A stretch of 64,000 bases of DNA from Candidatus Undivivens industriae (GTDB taxonomy: Bacteria; Omnitrophota; Gorgyraeia; Gygaellales; Profunditerraquicolaceae). The stretch is taken from the NCBI GenBank assembly GCA_012514745.1, contig JAAYZR010000010.1, forward strand, positions 1,401 to 65,400, in the 5' to 3' direction. Position numbers and translations under genes: made by a program. How positions within the stretch are numbered: position 1 is the stretch's first letter; each line of letters begins with the position of its first letter. The notes under the pieces were generated by a model. That model was not told the DNA's origin. It worked only from the letters and a program-made list of their open reading frames with translations, and did no database searches. Below are positions 32,187 through 42,132 of this stretch, piece after piece.

Positions 32187-33102
32187 CTTCCTGCCTGTCC
32201 ACAGAGGCGATCTTTTCCGCCAGTTTCTCAAGTTTTCTGGAACTCTCTTCGTATTTACGGCCCGCGTCCTGCAGGTGCCTGCCCACGAGCTGATAATCAT
32301 CCCGGAATTTGTTTATCTCGCCCGATAAAGAAGCTATAGTCTTTAATATGCGTTCCGCGTTCTCTTCCACGCGCAGCCCCTTCAATCCCAGGCAGATTAT
32401 CTGCAGGTAGGCGTAGAAAGTCAGCGGCGACACCGGATATACCCTGCGCGAGATCAAATAAGACAAAAGGTCTTCAGTGGCTATTATCTCGTAATAGACG
32501 TTCTCCGCCGGGATATACATAAAAGCGAAATCGTAGGTGTTCTCGTCCGGGAGGATGTATTTGGAAGCTATCTCGTCGGTCCTGTCCTTGACGTCGGAAA
32601 CGAACTTCTTCTTCAGGGCCGCGCGCGCCTGTTCCTGCGGTTCAGCCGTCATCTTTTGAAAGTTCTCCAGGCTGAACTTGGCGTCCACCGGCAAAAGACG
32701 CTCCCCCAGCCGGATAACCGCGTCTACCGTGTCGGAGGTGCGGAAACGGTATTGCGCCTGGAAAAAATCGGGAGGCAAAACCTGGGAAAGCAGGTTTTCC
32801 AGGAAAGTCTCGGCGAACTTCCCCCTGAACTTGGGGGCCCGCAGCAGTTCCTGCAGACTGGAGATGTCCCTGCCTATCTCGTATATCCTGCGGTTGACCT
32901 CCTCGACGCGGGCTAGTTTATCCTGAACCCCGCCGAAAACTCCGAGAGTATCGCCTATATTCTTATTCAAAGAATCCCCGCTCTTGCGTACCGCCTCAGC
33001 CATCGCGTCCATGCGGGAACTAATCTGAAAATAAAGGCGCAACAGCATGAAGAACACCGCGAAAACCGCCAGTACCGACGCGATCACCAGAACTATGACC
33101 AT
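32176..33102 (-). CDS. rmuC: DNA recombination protein RmuC family
   Basis: N-terminal TM segment; PKFRGKFAE, VDAKF, KYI, DFAFMYIPAE and SPLT motifs. Confidence 0.9.
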   Translation of the reverse strand: MVIVLVIASVLAVFAVFFMLLRLYFQISSRMDAMAEAVRKSGDSLNKNIGDTLGVFGGVQDKLARVEEVNRRIYEIGRDISSLQELLRAPKFRGKFAETFLENLLSQVLPPDFFQAQYRFRTSDTVDAVIRLGERLLPVDAKFSLENFQKMTAEPQEQARAALKKKFVSDVKDRTDEIASKYILPDENTYDFAFMYIPAENVYYEIIATEDLLSYLISRRVYPVSPLTFYAYLQIICLGLKGLRVEENAERILKTIASLSGEINKFRDDYQLVGRHLQDAGRKYEESSRKLEKLAEKIASVDRQEDDV

Positions 33103-33135
33103 TTCTCGTTCTCCCCTTTACGGCACAGCCTCAGC

Positions 33136-33855
33136 CTACGGCAGATATTCCCGTTTTATTCTTTTAACACTGCGAAAGATATTGGTCTTAACGTCCGGGC
33201 ATACGCGCTCCGCCTGCGCTATGAAACGCCCCACAAGCGCCCGGTTCGTTTTTCCGCTGTGCGGGCACCGGCATTTCTGCGCCGGTATTTTGTAAGCGGC
33301 GGCAAAAGCTATTATCTCCTTCTCCTCAACGTATGCCAGCGGCCGTATCAACGTCAACTTTCCTCCGAAGAGTTCCTGTTTAGGGCACATCGCCGAGATT
33401 TCCCCGTGGAAGAAGAAATTAAGAAGTATGGTCTGGACTATATCATCCTTGTGATGGCCCAGGGCGACCTTGGCACACCCGAGCCTGTCCGCCGCCTCGA
33501 ACAACGCCTTGCGCCGGTTCCAGGAACACCAGAAACAGTTAATTTTCCCGCGGTCGCCGGAACGCAGGGCGTCAGATCTTTCTATATGGAACTCAACGCC
33601 GATGCCGCGCAGATAACGTTCCAGTCTCGCCGGATTTACTCCCCCGTAACCCAAATCGACGTGCACCGCGATTATCTCGTACTTTATCGGGACGAACTTC
33701 CTCCTCTCCTGCATTATGCGCAGAAGGGCAAGGCTGTCCTTTCCGCCGGAAACCGCCACCGCCACCCTGTCCCCGTCGTCAAGCATCCCGTAATCGCTGA
33801 TCGCCTTGCCGACCTTTTTGGAAAGGAAATATGCCCGGCCGGAAAGATACGCCAT
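33136..33855 (-). CDS. ttcA: tRNA 2-thiocytidine synthetase TtcA family
   Basis: PP-loop SGGKDS, CFWC, LGHHKDD, IRPL and CRCP motifs. Confidence 0.88.
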   Translation of the reverse strand: MAYLSGRAYFLSKKVGKAISDYGMLDDGDRVAVAVSGGKDSLALLRIMQERRKFVPIKYEIIAVHVDLGYGGVNPARLERYLRGIGVEFHIERSDALRSGDRGKINCFWCSWNRRKALFEAADRLGCAKVALGHHKDDIVQTILLNFFFHGEISAMCPKQELFGGKLTLIRPLAYVEEKEIIAFAAAYKIPAQKCRCPHSGKTNRALVGRFIAQAERVCPDVKTNIFRSVKRIKREYLP

Positions 33856-35505
33856 TTATCTCCCGCCGACCCTTGTGCCGCGGGCCGCCGCCAGAGCCAG
33901 GTATGCCTCTTTCAGCATATCGCAGGAAAGCAAAAGCAGCGCCGCCGACACAGCAACCAGGATATAAGCCTTCTGCCTCCAGAAAACAACCATCCCCGAC
34001 CCGAGCGCGAAAACGGTGGTAACCGCCATAAATAACGCCGGCAATAACGTGTATAAAGACGGCCGGCCTTTTTGCAAAAGATAAACGGAAGCCGTCAACA
34101 ACACCAGGGCGGCGATCAACTGGTTCGCCGCGCCGAACACCGGCCAGATCACCTGCCAGGAGCCGAAAGCCAGACAGGCCGCGGCCGCCGTGGAGATCGC
34201 GCCGGATACATATTTATTGTTCATTTTCTTCATTTTAAAAGACTCGCCGAATATCTCTTCCGTAAGATAACGCGTGATCCTGGTGGCGCTGTCGAGCGTG
34301 GTCATCACGAAACTGTTCAAAAGAAAAACCGCTATGGTCATCCCGGCCGCGGCGCCCACCAGAGGGGCAGTGAGATTACCGTAGCCTTTGCCGAAGGTCA
34401 CTATCCAGCCGCTCTTTTGCGCCAGTTCAGGATAGGCCATACCCTCCGGCCCGCCGCTCCAGAAAAGACCGGCGCAGACGGAAATTATGGCAAGCAGGGA
34501 CATCGCCGCCTCCAGCAGCATTCCCCCGAAGGTTATACGCTTGGCGTCGCGTTTATGCGCCAACTGCTTGGAGGTCGTCCCGGACGAAACCAGCGCATGG
34601 AAACCGGAAATGGCTCCGCAGGCGATCAAAACGAACATAGCCGGCCACAAGCCGGCGCTTCCGGCTGGAGCCTTAATATAGAAAGGAGCCGACATCTTCG
34701 GGTGAGAAACGAATACTCCCGCGTAACCCAGGAGCAGCCCCAGAAACAGCACGACCATGGAAAGATAGTCCCGCGGCTGCAACAGCAGGTTCACCGGGAT
34801 CACAGAGGCGATATAGGCGTAAACGAGCAGCAGCGCCGTCCAGAACGCCATGGCCTGGGGAAACGCCAGCCGCACCGGAAATACCTCCCCCGCGTAAATG
34901 GAGCCGGCCATAAGCAAAAGAGCGACTACCGTCGCCGGCAATTGTTTTACGTTCCAGCGGTAAACCATAACCCCCAGCAAGACGGCTATGGGGATGAGAC
35001 CCAGGGTAGGTATGACGATCTCCGGTTGGACAACAAGAGTCTGAGCGGTAACGGCCGCGAAGACCGCCACGATAAGAACCAGGGCCAACCAGAGAAAAAT
35101 TGAAAAAACCAGGCGGCAGCGGCGGTTTATCACCGCCTCGGAAACTTGCCCCACCGATTTCCCTTTATGCCGCAGGGAAAGAATAAGCGCGGAATAATCG
35201 TGGATCCCTCCGATGAAGATCGAACCTAAAACCACCCACAGCGCGGCCGGCCCCCAGCCGAACATGGCGCAGGCCACCACCGGGCCGATTATCGGACCTG
35301 CCCCGGCTATCGAAGAAAAATGGTGGCCGAACAGAATGCTCCAGTGCTTTGCCGGCATATAATCCAGCCCGTCTCCGTATTTCACGGCGGGGGTCTTACG
35401 GCTGTGATCCACCCCCCATATTTTCTTCTCGCTGAAGGCGGCGTAATAACGGTAACCCACCGCCAGCGCGCAGGTCCCGGCCAACAGTAACCATAACGAA
35501 TTCAT
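33856..35505 (-). CDS. cstA: Carbon starvation protein A transporter
   Basis: GHHFSSIAGAGP, LLQPRDY, IACGAISGFH, TTLDSATR and WPVFGAANQL motifs. Confidence 0.95.
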   Translation of the reverse strand: MNSLWLLLAGTCALAVGYRYYAAFSEKKIWGVDHSRKTPAVKYGDGLDYMPAKHWSILFGHHFSSIAGAGPIIGPVVACAMFGWGPAALWVVLGSIFIGGIHDYSALILSLRHKGKSVGQVSEAVINRRCRLVFSIFLWLALVLIVAVFAAVTAQTLVVQPEIVIPTLGLIPIAVLLGVMVYRWNVKQLPATVVALLLMAGSIYAGEVFPVRLAFPQAMAFWTALLLVYAYIASVIPVNLLLQPRDYLSMVVLFLGLLLGYAGVFVSHPKMSAPFYIKAPAGSAGLWPAMFVLIACGAISGFHALVSSGTTSKQLAHKRDAKRITFGGMLLEAAMSLLAIISVCAGLFWSGGPEGMAYPELAQKSGWIVTFGKGYGNLTAPLVGAAAGMTIAVFLLNSFVMTTLDSATRITRYLTEEIFGESFKMKKMNNKYVSGAISTAAAACLAFGSWQVIWPVFGAANQLIAALVLLTASVYLLQKGRPSLYTLLPALFMAVTTVFALGSGMVVFWRQKAYILVAVSAALLLLSCDMLKEAYLALAAARGTRVGGR

Positions 35506-35623
35506 TTTTGCTCCCTAATGCCGGTTCAATATCTCCTGTTTTCCACGGCTGTTGCTTCTATTATACTGCCGAGAAAGACAATTTTCACAAAAAATTTGAT
35601 GGAACGCGGATTTATTGCCGGCG

Positions 35624-36331
35624 CTAAAGCCGGCGGCGGCTCCTACTCTCTATTATGGGCAGCACCGCGGATATCCCGCCGACTATCATATCCGCCTTAC
35701 TCAGATATTCGGCGGGCAGGCTGGTGGAAACCGCCACGCAGAAGATTCCGGCTCCGGAAGCCGAGGCGATACCCAGAGGCGCGTTTTCCACCACCAGACA
35801 TTCCGCCGCCTTGAGACCGAGCAAGCGTAAAGCCGTTTTATAAGGTTCCGGATGCGGCTTGCCGCGCCTGACTTTATCCCCGGTGACCATAACGTCGAAA
35901 AGCCGGCCGATCCCCGCCGGCAGCATGCGTTTTATCTCAATACCCGGCGTGCCGCTGACCAAAGCCAGTTTGTAACCGCGCATCTTGAGCTCCCGCAATA
36001 TCCGGAAAGCCCCGGTAAAGAATCTCATCCCCCTGGAATATCTACCGAAGATACGGCGGCGGCGGCGGAATACGCGCTCCAGCAGTTGACGGGACGGCTT
36101 TATATTATTCTGTGCCAGGAAATCACGCGCGGATTTCTCCCAACGCTCCCCTTCTCTGCAATAGACGTCCAGACAACCGGCTCTCACTCCATAAGGGCGC
36201 AATGTTTCGAACCAGGCTATGAAATGATACGGCATCGAGTCCACGATCACCCCGTCGAAGTCGAAAATCACCGCTTTTAAAGGGGTGCCCGCGGAACAAG
36301 GCTTGTTCTTGGATACGCTCTTTTTACTCAT
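35624..36331 (-). CDS. HAD-family phosphatase (beta-PGM-like)
   Basis: FDFDGVIVDS, KPHPEPY and VVENAPLG motifs. Confidence 0.9.
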   Translation of the reverse strand: MSKKSVSKNKPCSAGTPLKAVIFDFDGVIVDSMPYHFIAWFETLRPYGVRAGCLDVYCREGERWEKSARDFLAQNNIKPSRQLLERVFRRRRRIFGRYSRGMRFFTGAFRILRELKMRGYKLALVSGTPGIEIKRMLPAGIGRLFDVMVTGDKVRRGKPHPEPYKTALRLLGLKAAECLVVENAPLGIASASGAGIFCVAVSTSLPAEYLSKADMIVGGISAVLPIIESRSRRRL

Positions 36332-36397
36332 AGGAATATCCGGGGCGGGGACATAAACGCCGGGCTTTTCCGGCAGGCTGTCGAAGGTTGTTTCGGT

Positions 36398-38221
36398 TTA
36401 TGCGCGGCCGGAACCGGCTATCATCTCTTTTATTACAGTGTTGAATTCATGTTTAACCAGTTCTTCCAGCGGCAGGGGCATTTTTAAAGACCAGTTCTGC
36501 GGCCCGACCGTGCCGGGCGTGTTCAAGCGGTAGCCATACGGATCTTCCCGTAATATACCGGCCGGATAGAACCAGTCCAGAAGGGTCTGCACGCAGAAAA
36601 CCGCCCGGGAACGCAGATTCAACGCCAGAGCTTTTCTGCCGAGTCCGGGATCGGCTTTCTCGGCGGGAACGCCGTTCAAACCGAGCTGCGCCCAGAATTT
36701 ATCTTTTTCTCCGTAAGTATCGGCGTGCATTTTCAATATATCTCCGACTTCATTCATACTCCGTCCCAGTACCGAAGCAAGCGCGCCCGGATCTCTCATA
36801 CCCTGAAGCCAACGCAGCCTGCCGTGCCTCGAAAGAACCGGGTCGAAAAGCAGTCCTTTTATATAACCGTAATCGATTCCTTTCTCGTAACACTTGCGCA
36901 TAAAAAGACCTTCGTCCACCGTCCCCGCTTCATTCTCCCACCAGGCGGCGAAGTTGGTGGTATCGTGGGTGGATAACATTGTCACCGCCGGGAAACGCTG
37001 CTCTTCAGGCGGGAGAAAATCGTGGCGCGCGTCCCAGTCCTTAGACCAGCGCTGCACGTCGTTGCCCGGGATGCCGTAATCGCGCAGGGTCTCGGTACAT
37101 ACCCGGGGTATCACGCCCAGATCTTCCGCGCACAACAGCATATCCGTGTTCTCCAGCATTACGGATAGAATCTTCCTGCCGTGTTCTCCCCAGGAATTCT
37201 CGTCCGAAGGGTCGAAACTGCCGTGCAACCCCTGGTTTTCCGGAGGTTCGCCGTAAGGAATACTCCATATCCTGAACAACCCCACCACGTGATCTACGCG
37301 CAGAAGATCGTAAAAATTCCGCGCGTAACGCAGCTTTTCCTTAAGATACCTGTACCCGTCGGCTTCGATCCTGCCCCAATCATAAACCGGCATGCCCCAG
37401 CGCTGCCCCTTGGCACAATACATATCCGGAGGGGCCCCGGCGGCCGAATCCAGCTTAAAAAATTCCGGGTGGGCCCAAACATCGGCGCTGTCGCGCGAAA
37501 CCAGTATCGGCAGATCTCCTTTAAGCAACACACCCTTGTCAGCGGCATATTTCTTGACCGCGGTCATCTGCTCAAAAAGACGCCATTGCAGCCATTCCTG
37601 GAACAGCGTTTCTCCTCTATGTTCCCGTTCGAAACGCGCCAGCGCCTCTTTATCGCGGCGGCGGTAAACATCATCCCAATCATGCCAGGCTTTGCCTTGA
37701 GAATAATACTTGAGGACCTTGAAAAGCGCGAAATCCTTCAGCCAGTACAAGTTATTCTCGCGAAAGGAAGAAAAAGAAGCGCCGGCAGTGTCCGCCTTGC
37801 CTTTTTCCAGGAACATCTCCCAGAGAAAAGAAAGCTTGTCCCACTTCAAGTTATAATCCACGCGCGGCGCTTCCGCGGGGAATTTCTTCCGCAGGGCCCG
37901 GATATAGCCGGATGCTGAACGTCCGTCACCGGAAAAAGAATAATAGAACGGCTCAAGCGCGAAAGAACTTATGGAATCATACGGACAAAAAACTGCCCCC
38001 AGTTCATTCATCGGCAAAAGTTGCAGGATACTGTTGCCGGTAAAAGAACACCAGTCAACGAGCAAGCGCAGATCGTTTATATCGCCTGCCCCTGCGCTCT
38101 GTGAGGAATAAAGCGAAAAAAGCGGGGCGAGCACTCCCGCCCTGCGCTTCACGCCTATCGCGCCCCATTTGTCTCCTGATGCCGAAGCCGCCAATGCCTT
38201 TTCTTCCGATGAGAAATCCAT
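36398..38221 (-). CDS. malQ: 4-alpha-glucanotransferase (GH77)
   Basis: QLLP, KGDLP, GAPPD, GQRWGMP, RVDHVVG, AEDLG and THD motifs. Confidence 0.94.
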   Translation of the reverse strand: MDFSSEEKALAASASGDKWGAIGVKRRAGVLAPLFSLYSSQSAGAGDINDLRLLVDWCSFTGNSILQLLPMNELGAVFCPYDSISSFALEPFYYSFSGDGRSASGYIRALRKKFPAEAPRVDYNLKWDKLSFLWEMFLEKGKADTAGASFSSFRENNLYWLKDFALFKVLKYYSQGKAWHDWDDVYRRRDKEALARFEREHRGETLFQEWLQWRLFEQMTAVKKYAADKGVLLKGDLPILVSRDSADVWAHPEFFKLDSAAGAPPDMYCAKGQRWGMPVYDWGRIEADGYRYLKEKLRYARNFYDLLRVDHVVGLFRIWSIPYGEPPENQGLHGSFDPSDENSWGEHGRKILSVMLENTDMLLCAEDLGVIPRVCTETLRDYGIPGNDVQRWSKDWDARHDFLPPEEQRFPAVTMLSTHDTTNFAAWWENEAGTVDEGLFMRKCYEKGIDYGYIKGLLFDPVLSRHGRLRWLQGMRDPGALASVLGRSMNEVGDILKMHADTYGEKDKFWAQLGLNGVPAEKADPGLGRKALALNLRSRAVFCVQTLLDWFYPAGILREDPYGYRLNTPGTVGPQNWSLKMPLPLEELVKHEFNTVIKEMIAGSGRA

Positions 38222-38227
38222 TGCTAT

Positions 38228-38256
38228 ATATTATCCGAGGCGCAGATGAAGGTCAA
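38228..38256 (-). promoter_or_regulatory. Putative malQ promoter (predicts a leaderless mRNA)
   Basis: TTGACC-17 nt-TAATAT, 6 nt before the ATG; no SD sequence. Confidence 0.55.
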
Positions 38257-38423
38257 CATAAAATTCCCCTAAATTCCCTATCCCGAAAGATAAAAAACAA
38301 ATAACCGGCGATAAAACAAACAGGACCCGCGAGCCGACGTCCAGAAAACAATGTAATAGGCCGTTATCTTTTAAAACCGGTGTCTAAAACCGTGGATTGC
38401 GCTATTTTTTTTCGGCCGGGGGC

Positions 38424-38452
38424 TTGAAATCCGGAAAGGCATGTGGCATACT
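38424..38452 (+). promoter_or_regulatory. Putative promoter of the orphan small RNA
   Basis: TTGAAA-17 nt-CATACT with TGn. Confidence 0.6.
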
Positions 38453-38458
38453 TGCCAT

Positions 38459-38563
38459 AGAAGTGAAAAACCAGTCGACATAAGGAGGTCGGCAGATAGC
38501 GAAAGCTATTGAGGTCTATCACCTCCAAAGAAGGCCCTCGAGTCGAAGGGCCTTCTTTGTTTT
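38459..38563 (+). ncRNA. Candidate structured small RNA of unknown family
   Basis: Three short hairpins followed by a 13-bp terminator stem CAAAGAAGGCCCT/AGGGCCTTCTTTG and TTTT; no ATG-initiated ORF inside. Confidence 0.5.
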
Positions 38564-38770
38564 ATGCGCGGGACCCGTCCTGCCTTTAGATCTCCTCACC
38601 CGTTATGCCGAATTCCGCTTCAAAGTTGCAGTGCGCGTCCCGGATACAAAAGACCAGGCGCGGATTTACTCCGGAAACGTTGGCCGCATCGAAAGTGTTT
38701 TTGATTATCACGTGTTTGGAGGGAAGTTCGCATTCTTTTACCCCGGAAACCGCCGCTTCTTTAAATCATC

Positions 38771-39577
38771 TTAAGGGATAATAAAAGCCAGTATTCTGTG
38801 CCCAAACAGGAACGAAATTATAGCAGCCAGAGAAAGAAACGGCCCGTAAGGAATTACGTGGCTCTTTTTAAAGACCAGGTTAATGATGCCCACAATAGCT
38901 CCCGGGAACGGGGCGAGAAAAAAGGTCATCACCGCCTTGTCCGGACCGAGGAATGCCCCGATCATCGCCATCAATTTCACGTCTCCCATGCCCATAGAAG
39001 AAGTTTCTCCTTCCACCGGAGGTTTCTTCAGGATACGGAAATATACCAGGTCGAACAAAGCGCCGGAGGCGTAGATGATGACTGCCCCGGCCGCCGCGCC
39101 GTAAAGGCTGCGAAGAACAGGATGCCAATCGAAGATTACCGGCTGCGGCCTTATACCGGCTAAAACGTTCAGCAGCAGCGCGGCCGCGGTCCCTCCTATT
39201 GATATTTCGTCCGGGATGATCTGATACTGTATATCCACGAAAGTCGCCACGCAAAGCAGCGAAAAGAACAGGCAATAATATACCGCCTGGGCCTCTGCGC
39301 CGTAAATCGCCCCCATAAGCAGAAAAAAAGAACCGGTAATGAATTCCACCAGGGGGTAACGCGGGGATATCGGTTTGCCGCAATGCCGGCATCGGCCTTT
39401 CAGGATAAAAAAACTCAACAAAGGTATATTGTCGAACCAGGCAATGCCCCCGGAGCAGAACGGGCAATGCGAACGGGGAAAAATGATCGATTGGTTCAAC
39501 GGCATTCTGTGGATGCAGACGTTCAGAAAACTGCCGACGATGGCGCCGAAAACAAAAAAAATCAGGGGGATGATCAT
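38771..39577 (-). CDS. pilD: Prepilin peptidase
   Basis: GSFLNVCIHR, RSHCPFC, GRCRHC, GMGDVKL and PYGPFL motifs. Confidence 0.94.
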   Translation of the reverse strand: MIIPLIFFVFGAIVGSFLNVCIHRMPLNQSIIFPRSHCPFCSGGIAWFDNIPLLSFFILKGRCRHCGKPISPRYPLVEFITGSFFLLMGAIYGAEAQAVYYCLFFSLLCVATFVDIQYQIIPDEISIGGTAAALLLNVLAGIRPQPVIFDWHPVLRSLYGAAAGAVIIYASGALFDLVYFRILKKPPVEGETSSMGMGDVKLMAMIGAFLGPDKAVMTFFLAPFPGAIVGIINLVFKKSHVIPYGPFLSLAAIISFLFGHRILAFIIP

Positions 39578-40503
39578 AGGCCCGCCGCCTCTTTCAATGC
39601 CCTGCGCATCACTCCCACAGGAGCCTTACCGCCGGTCCAGAACTCGAACGCCGCCGCGCCCTGGTGCAAAAGCATCCCCAGCCCGCCGGAAGCGGCGAGC
39701 CCGGACGCGCGGGCGTCATCCAGCAGACGCGTGGTACGGTTATAAACGATATCGTAAACCGCCGCGCCTTTTTTCAGCCATTCCTTTTTGACCGGGCTGG
39801 GATCGCCTTCTTTCATTCCCAAAGGAGAGGTATTCACCAGTATATCGCACTCTTCAAGCCTGGCTGGTATATCCTCTTCTCCGATAAAAGTAATTATTTC
39901 TTTTCCCTTCCCGTTCAGCATTCCGTCAATAGCGTTGAAAGCGAATTGCTTTTCGGCATTCCCGCGGGACTGCGGGCTTTTTTCATATATATATATTTTT
40001 TCCGCTCTATCAGCTTCCCAGGTAAGCCCGGCAATGATCGCCCTGCCCGCTCCGCCGCAGCCGATAAGCATCGCATTCTTGCCTTTCGGCGAGAAACCGA
40101 GATCTTCCTTCAAAGAAATGAGGAACCCAAGAACATCGGTATTGCGATAACTGATCATACCTCCCTCATTCTTGACGGTATTGATCGCGCCGGAGACACG
40201 CACATAATAAAGTTCGTTATCTGCTGCCGGCTGTCCGGGATATTTCTTCTCCAATATCTCTTTTACGGCTATTTTATGCGGGATGGTAACGTTGAAACCG
40301 GAAAGGTCGGCCGGTTTGTATCGCCTGCTCCCGGCGGTATCGCTGAAGGAATAAGCCGGATCATTCAGAAACGCCGGTATATCCTGCGGAGGGACCTCGA
40401 AAAGGCTGTAGGAAGCGTCTATTCCCAGTTCGCGGAAAGCGGCGTTGTGCATCGCCGGGGAAAAGCTGTGCTTGACCGGATAACCGACCAGACCGTAGGT
40501 CAT
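39574..40503 (-). CDS. aroE: Shikimate dehydrogenase
   Basis: HSFSPAMHN, NVTIPHK, GAINT, NTD, GCGGAG and GLGMLLHQGA motifs; has short insertions. Confidence 0.94.
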   Translation of the reverse strand: MTYGLVGYPVKHSFSPAMHNAAFRELGIDASYSLFEVPPQDIPAFLNDPAYSFSDTAGSRRYKPADLSGFNVTIPHKIAVKEILEKKYPGQPAADNELYYVRVSGAINTVKNEGGMISYRNTDVLGFLISLKEDLGFSPKGKNAMLIGCGGAGRAIIAGLTWEADRAEKIYIYEKSPQSRGNAEKQFAFNAIDGMLNGKGKEIITFIGEEDIPARLEECDILVNTSPLGMKEGDPSPVKKEWLKKGAAVYDIVYNRTTRLLDDARASGLAASGGLGMLLHQGAAAFEFWTGGKAPVGVMRRALKEAAGL

Positions 40504-42005
40504 CGCCTGCTCAACCGGTTTATGGCGTCAAGATAAGCTTTGATGGCCGCTTCGATAATATCGGTGCTGGCCCCTCTGCCGCCGAAAACCCCGGCTTTCA
40601 GCTTAAGACTCAAGCTCGCCTGGCCAAGCGCATCCTTACCTGAAGTGACGGACTCCAGACGAAAATCCTGCAATCTGACTTTCAAACCGGTAATTTTATC
40701 TATTGCCTTGAAACAACTGTCCACCGGGCCGTCACCCGAAGCCTGCCCGCTCAACAGGCGGTCGTTCTTCTTCAAGCGCACTACGGCAACCGGAGTAGAG
40801 CCGCTGCCGCAGCAAACCTCGAATCCCCGCAGTTCCCACAGCGGCTTGACTTGCCTGAGCTGATCATCGACTATGATACGCAAATCATCGTCGTAAATCT
40901 CCTTCTTTTTATCGGTCAACTGTTTGAAACGCGCGAACGCGCTGTTGAGCTCTTCGGATGTGAGCTTGAAACCCAGGGCTTGCAGCCTTTCCCGTAACGC
41001 GTGTCTGCCGGAATGCTTCCCCAGCACGATCTCGCTGCCGGCCACCCCGACTTCGGCCGGGTCCATGATCTCATAGGTCGTCCGCTTTTTTAAAACCGCG
41101 TCCTGATGTATGCCGGACTCGTGGCTAAACGCGTTTTTCCCCACTATGGCTTTATTCAGCGGCACCACGAAATCGGTAAGTTTGCTCACCAGTTTGGAGG
41201 CATTCAATATCTCTTTCGTATTTATCGAAGTTTGTAAATTGCTGAAAGCGTCCTTTCTGGTTCTCAAAGCCATTACAACTTCTTCCAGAGATGCGTTGCC
41301 GGCCCGCTCGCCGATGCCGTTCACCGTGCAATGCACCTGGCGCGCTCCGGCCAGCACCGCCGATACGGAATTTGCGCTCGCCATGCCGAGATCATCATGG
41401 CAGTGAATGGAAATGACCGCTTTATTTATATTAGGAACGTTGTCTTTTATCTCGGAAATAAGAGAATATATCTCGGCGGGGTAACTATAGCCGACCGTGT
41501 CCGGGATGTTCACGGTGGAAGCTCCGTTTCTTATCACGTTCTCTATTACTCTAAAAAGAAAAGAGCGCTCACTGCGGGTGGCGTCTTCCGGGGAGAACTC
41601 CACGTCCGGGCAGAGTCTTCGTGCGGCCCTCACCGCCTGCACCGCCAACTGCAGTATCTCGTCTTCTCTTTTGTGGAATTTATACTGCAGGTGTATCTTG
41701 GAGGTGGCGAGGAAAACGTGTATACGCGGTCTCCGGGCTTTCTTCAAAGCCTTGGCCGCGGCATCTATATCCGGTTTCAGGCAGCGCGCGAGGGCGCACA
41801 CGGACTTCTTTTTGACCGAAGACGCGATGCGGGCCACGGCCTGAAAATCATCCGGACTGGATACAGGGAAACCGGCTTCGATAACATCCACCCCCAGCCT
41901 TTCCAGTTGAAAAGCGACCTCAAGCTTTTCCTGGGAAGTCAGCGAACCTCCAGGGGCCTGTTCACCGTCCCTTAACGTAGTGTCGAAGATTATGACCTTT
42001 TCCAT
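40500..42005 (-). CDS. leuA: 2-isopropylmalate synthase
   Basis: DTTLRDGEQ, HCHDDLG, GERAGN and HESGIHQD motifs; C-terminal regulatory domain with GDGPVD. Confidence 0.95.
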   Translation of the reverse strand: MEKVIIFDTTLRDGEQAPGGSLTSQEKLEVAFQLERLGVDVIEAGFPVSSPDDFQAVARIASSVKKKSVCALARCLKPDIDAAAKALKKARRPRIHVFLATSKIHLQYKFHKREDEILQLAVQAVRAARRLCPDVEFSPEDATRSERSFLFRVIENVIRNGASTVNIPDTVGYSYPAEIYSLISEIKDNVPNINKAVISIHCHDDLGMASANSVSAVLAGARQVHCTVNGIGERAGNASLEEVVMALRTRKDAFSNLQTSINTKEILNASKLVSKLTDFVVPLNKAIVGKNAFSHESGIHQDAVLKKRTTYEIMDPAEVGVAGSEIVLGKHSGRHALRERLQALGFKLTSEELNSAFARFKQLTDKKKEIYDDDLRIIVDDQLRQVKPLWELRGFEVCCGSGSTPVAVVRLKKNDRLLSGQASGDGPVDSCFKAIDKITGLKVRLQDFRLESVTSGKDALGQASLSLKLKAGVFGGRGASTDIIEAAIKAYLDAINRLSRR

Positions 42006-42132
42006 TAGTAAAACCCCGGCAACGGTCAAGATGACGAAGCCCGTATCCGTTCCCGCCTGCGGTAACGTTCAAAAACCGTAGCCATGACAGATTGACGAAC
42101 CGGGTATCGTAACCGCCGTTACCCTTCCTTTT

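Noticed and set aside
38496-38774. 92-codon plus-strand frame starting at ATA after a perfect SD
   Set aside because: It has a non-canonical start, crosses a strong terminator and has shadow-like composition, so it is not called as a CDS.
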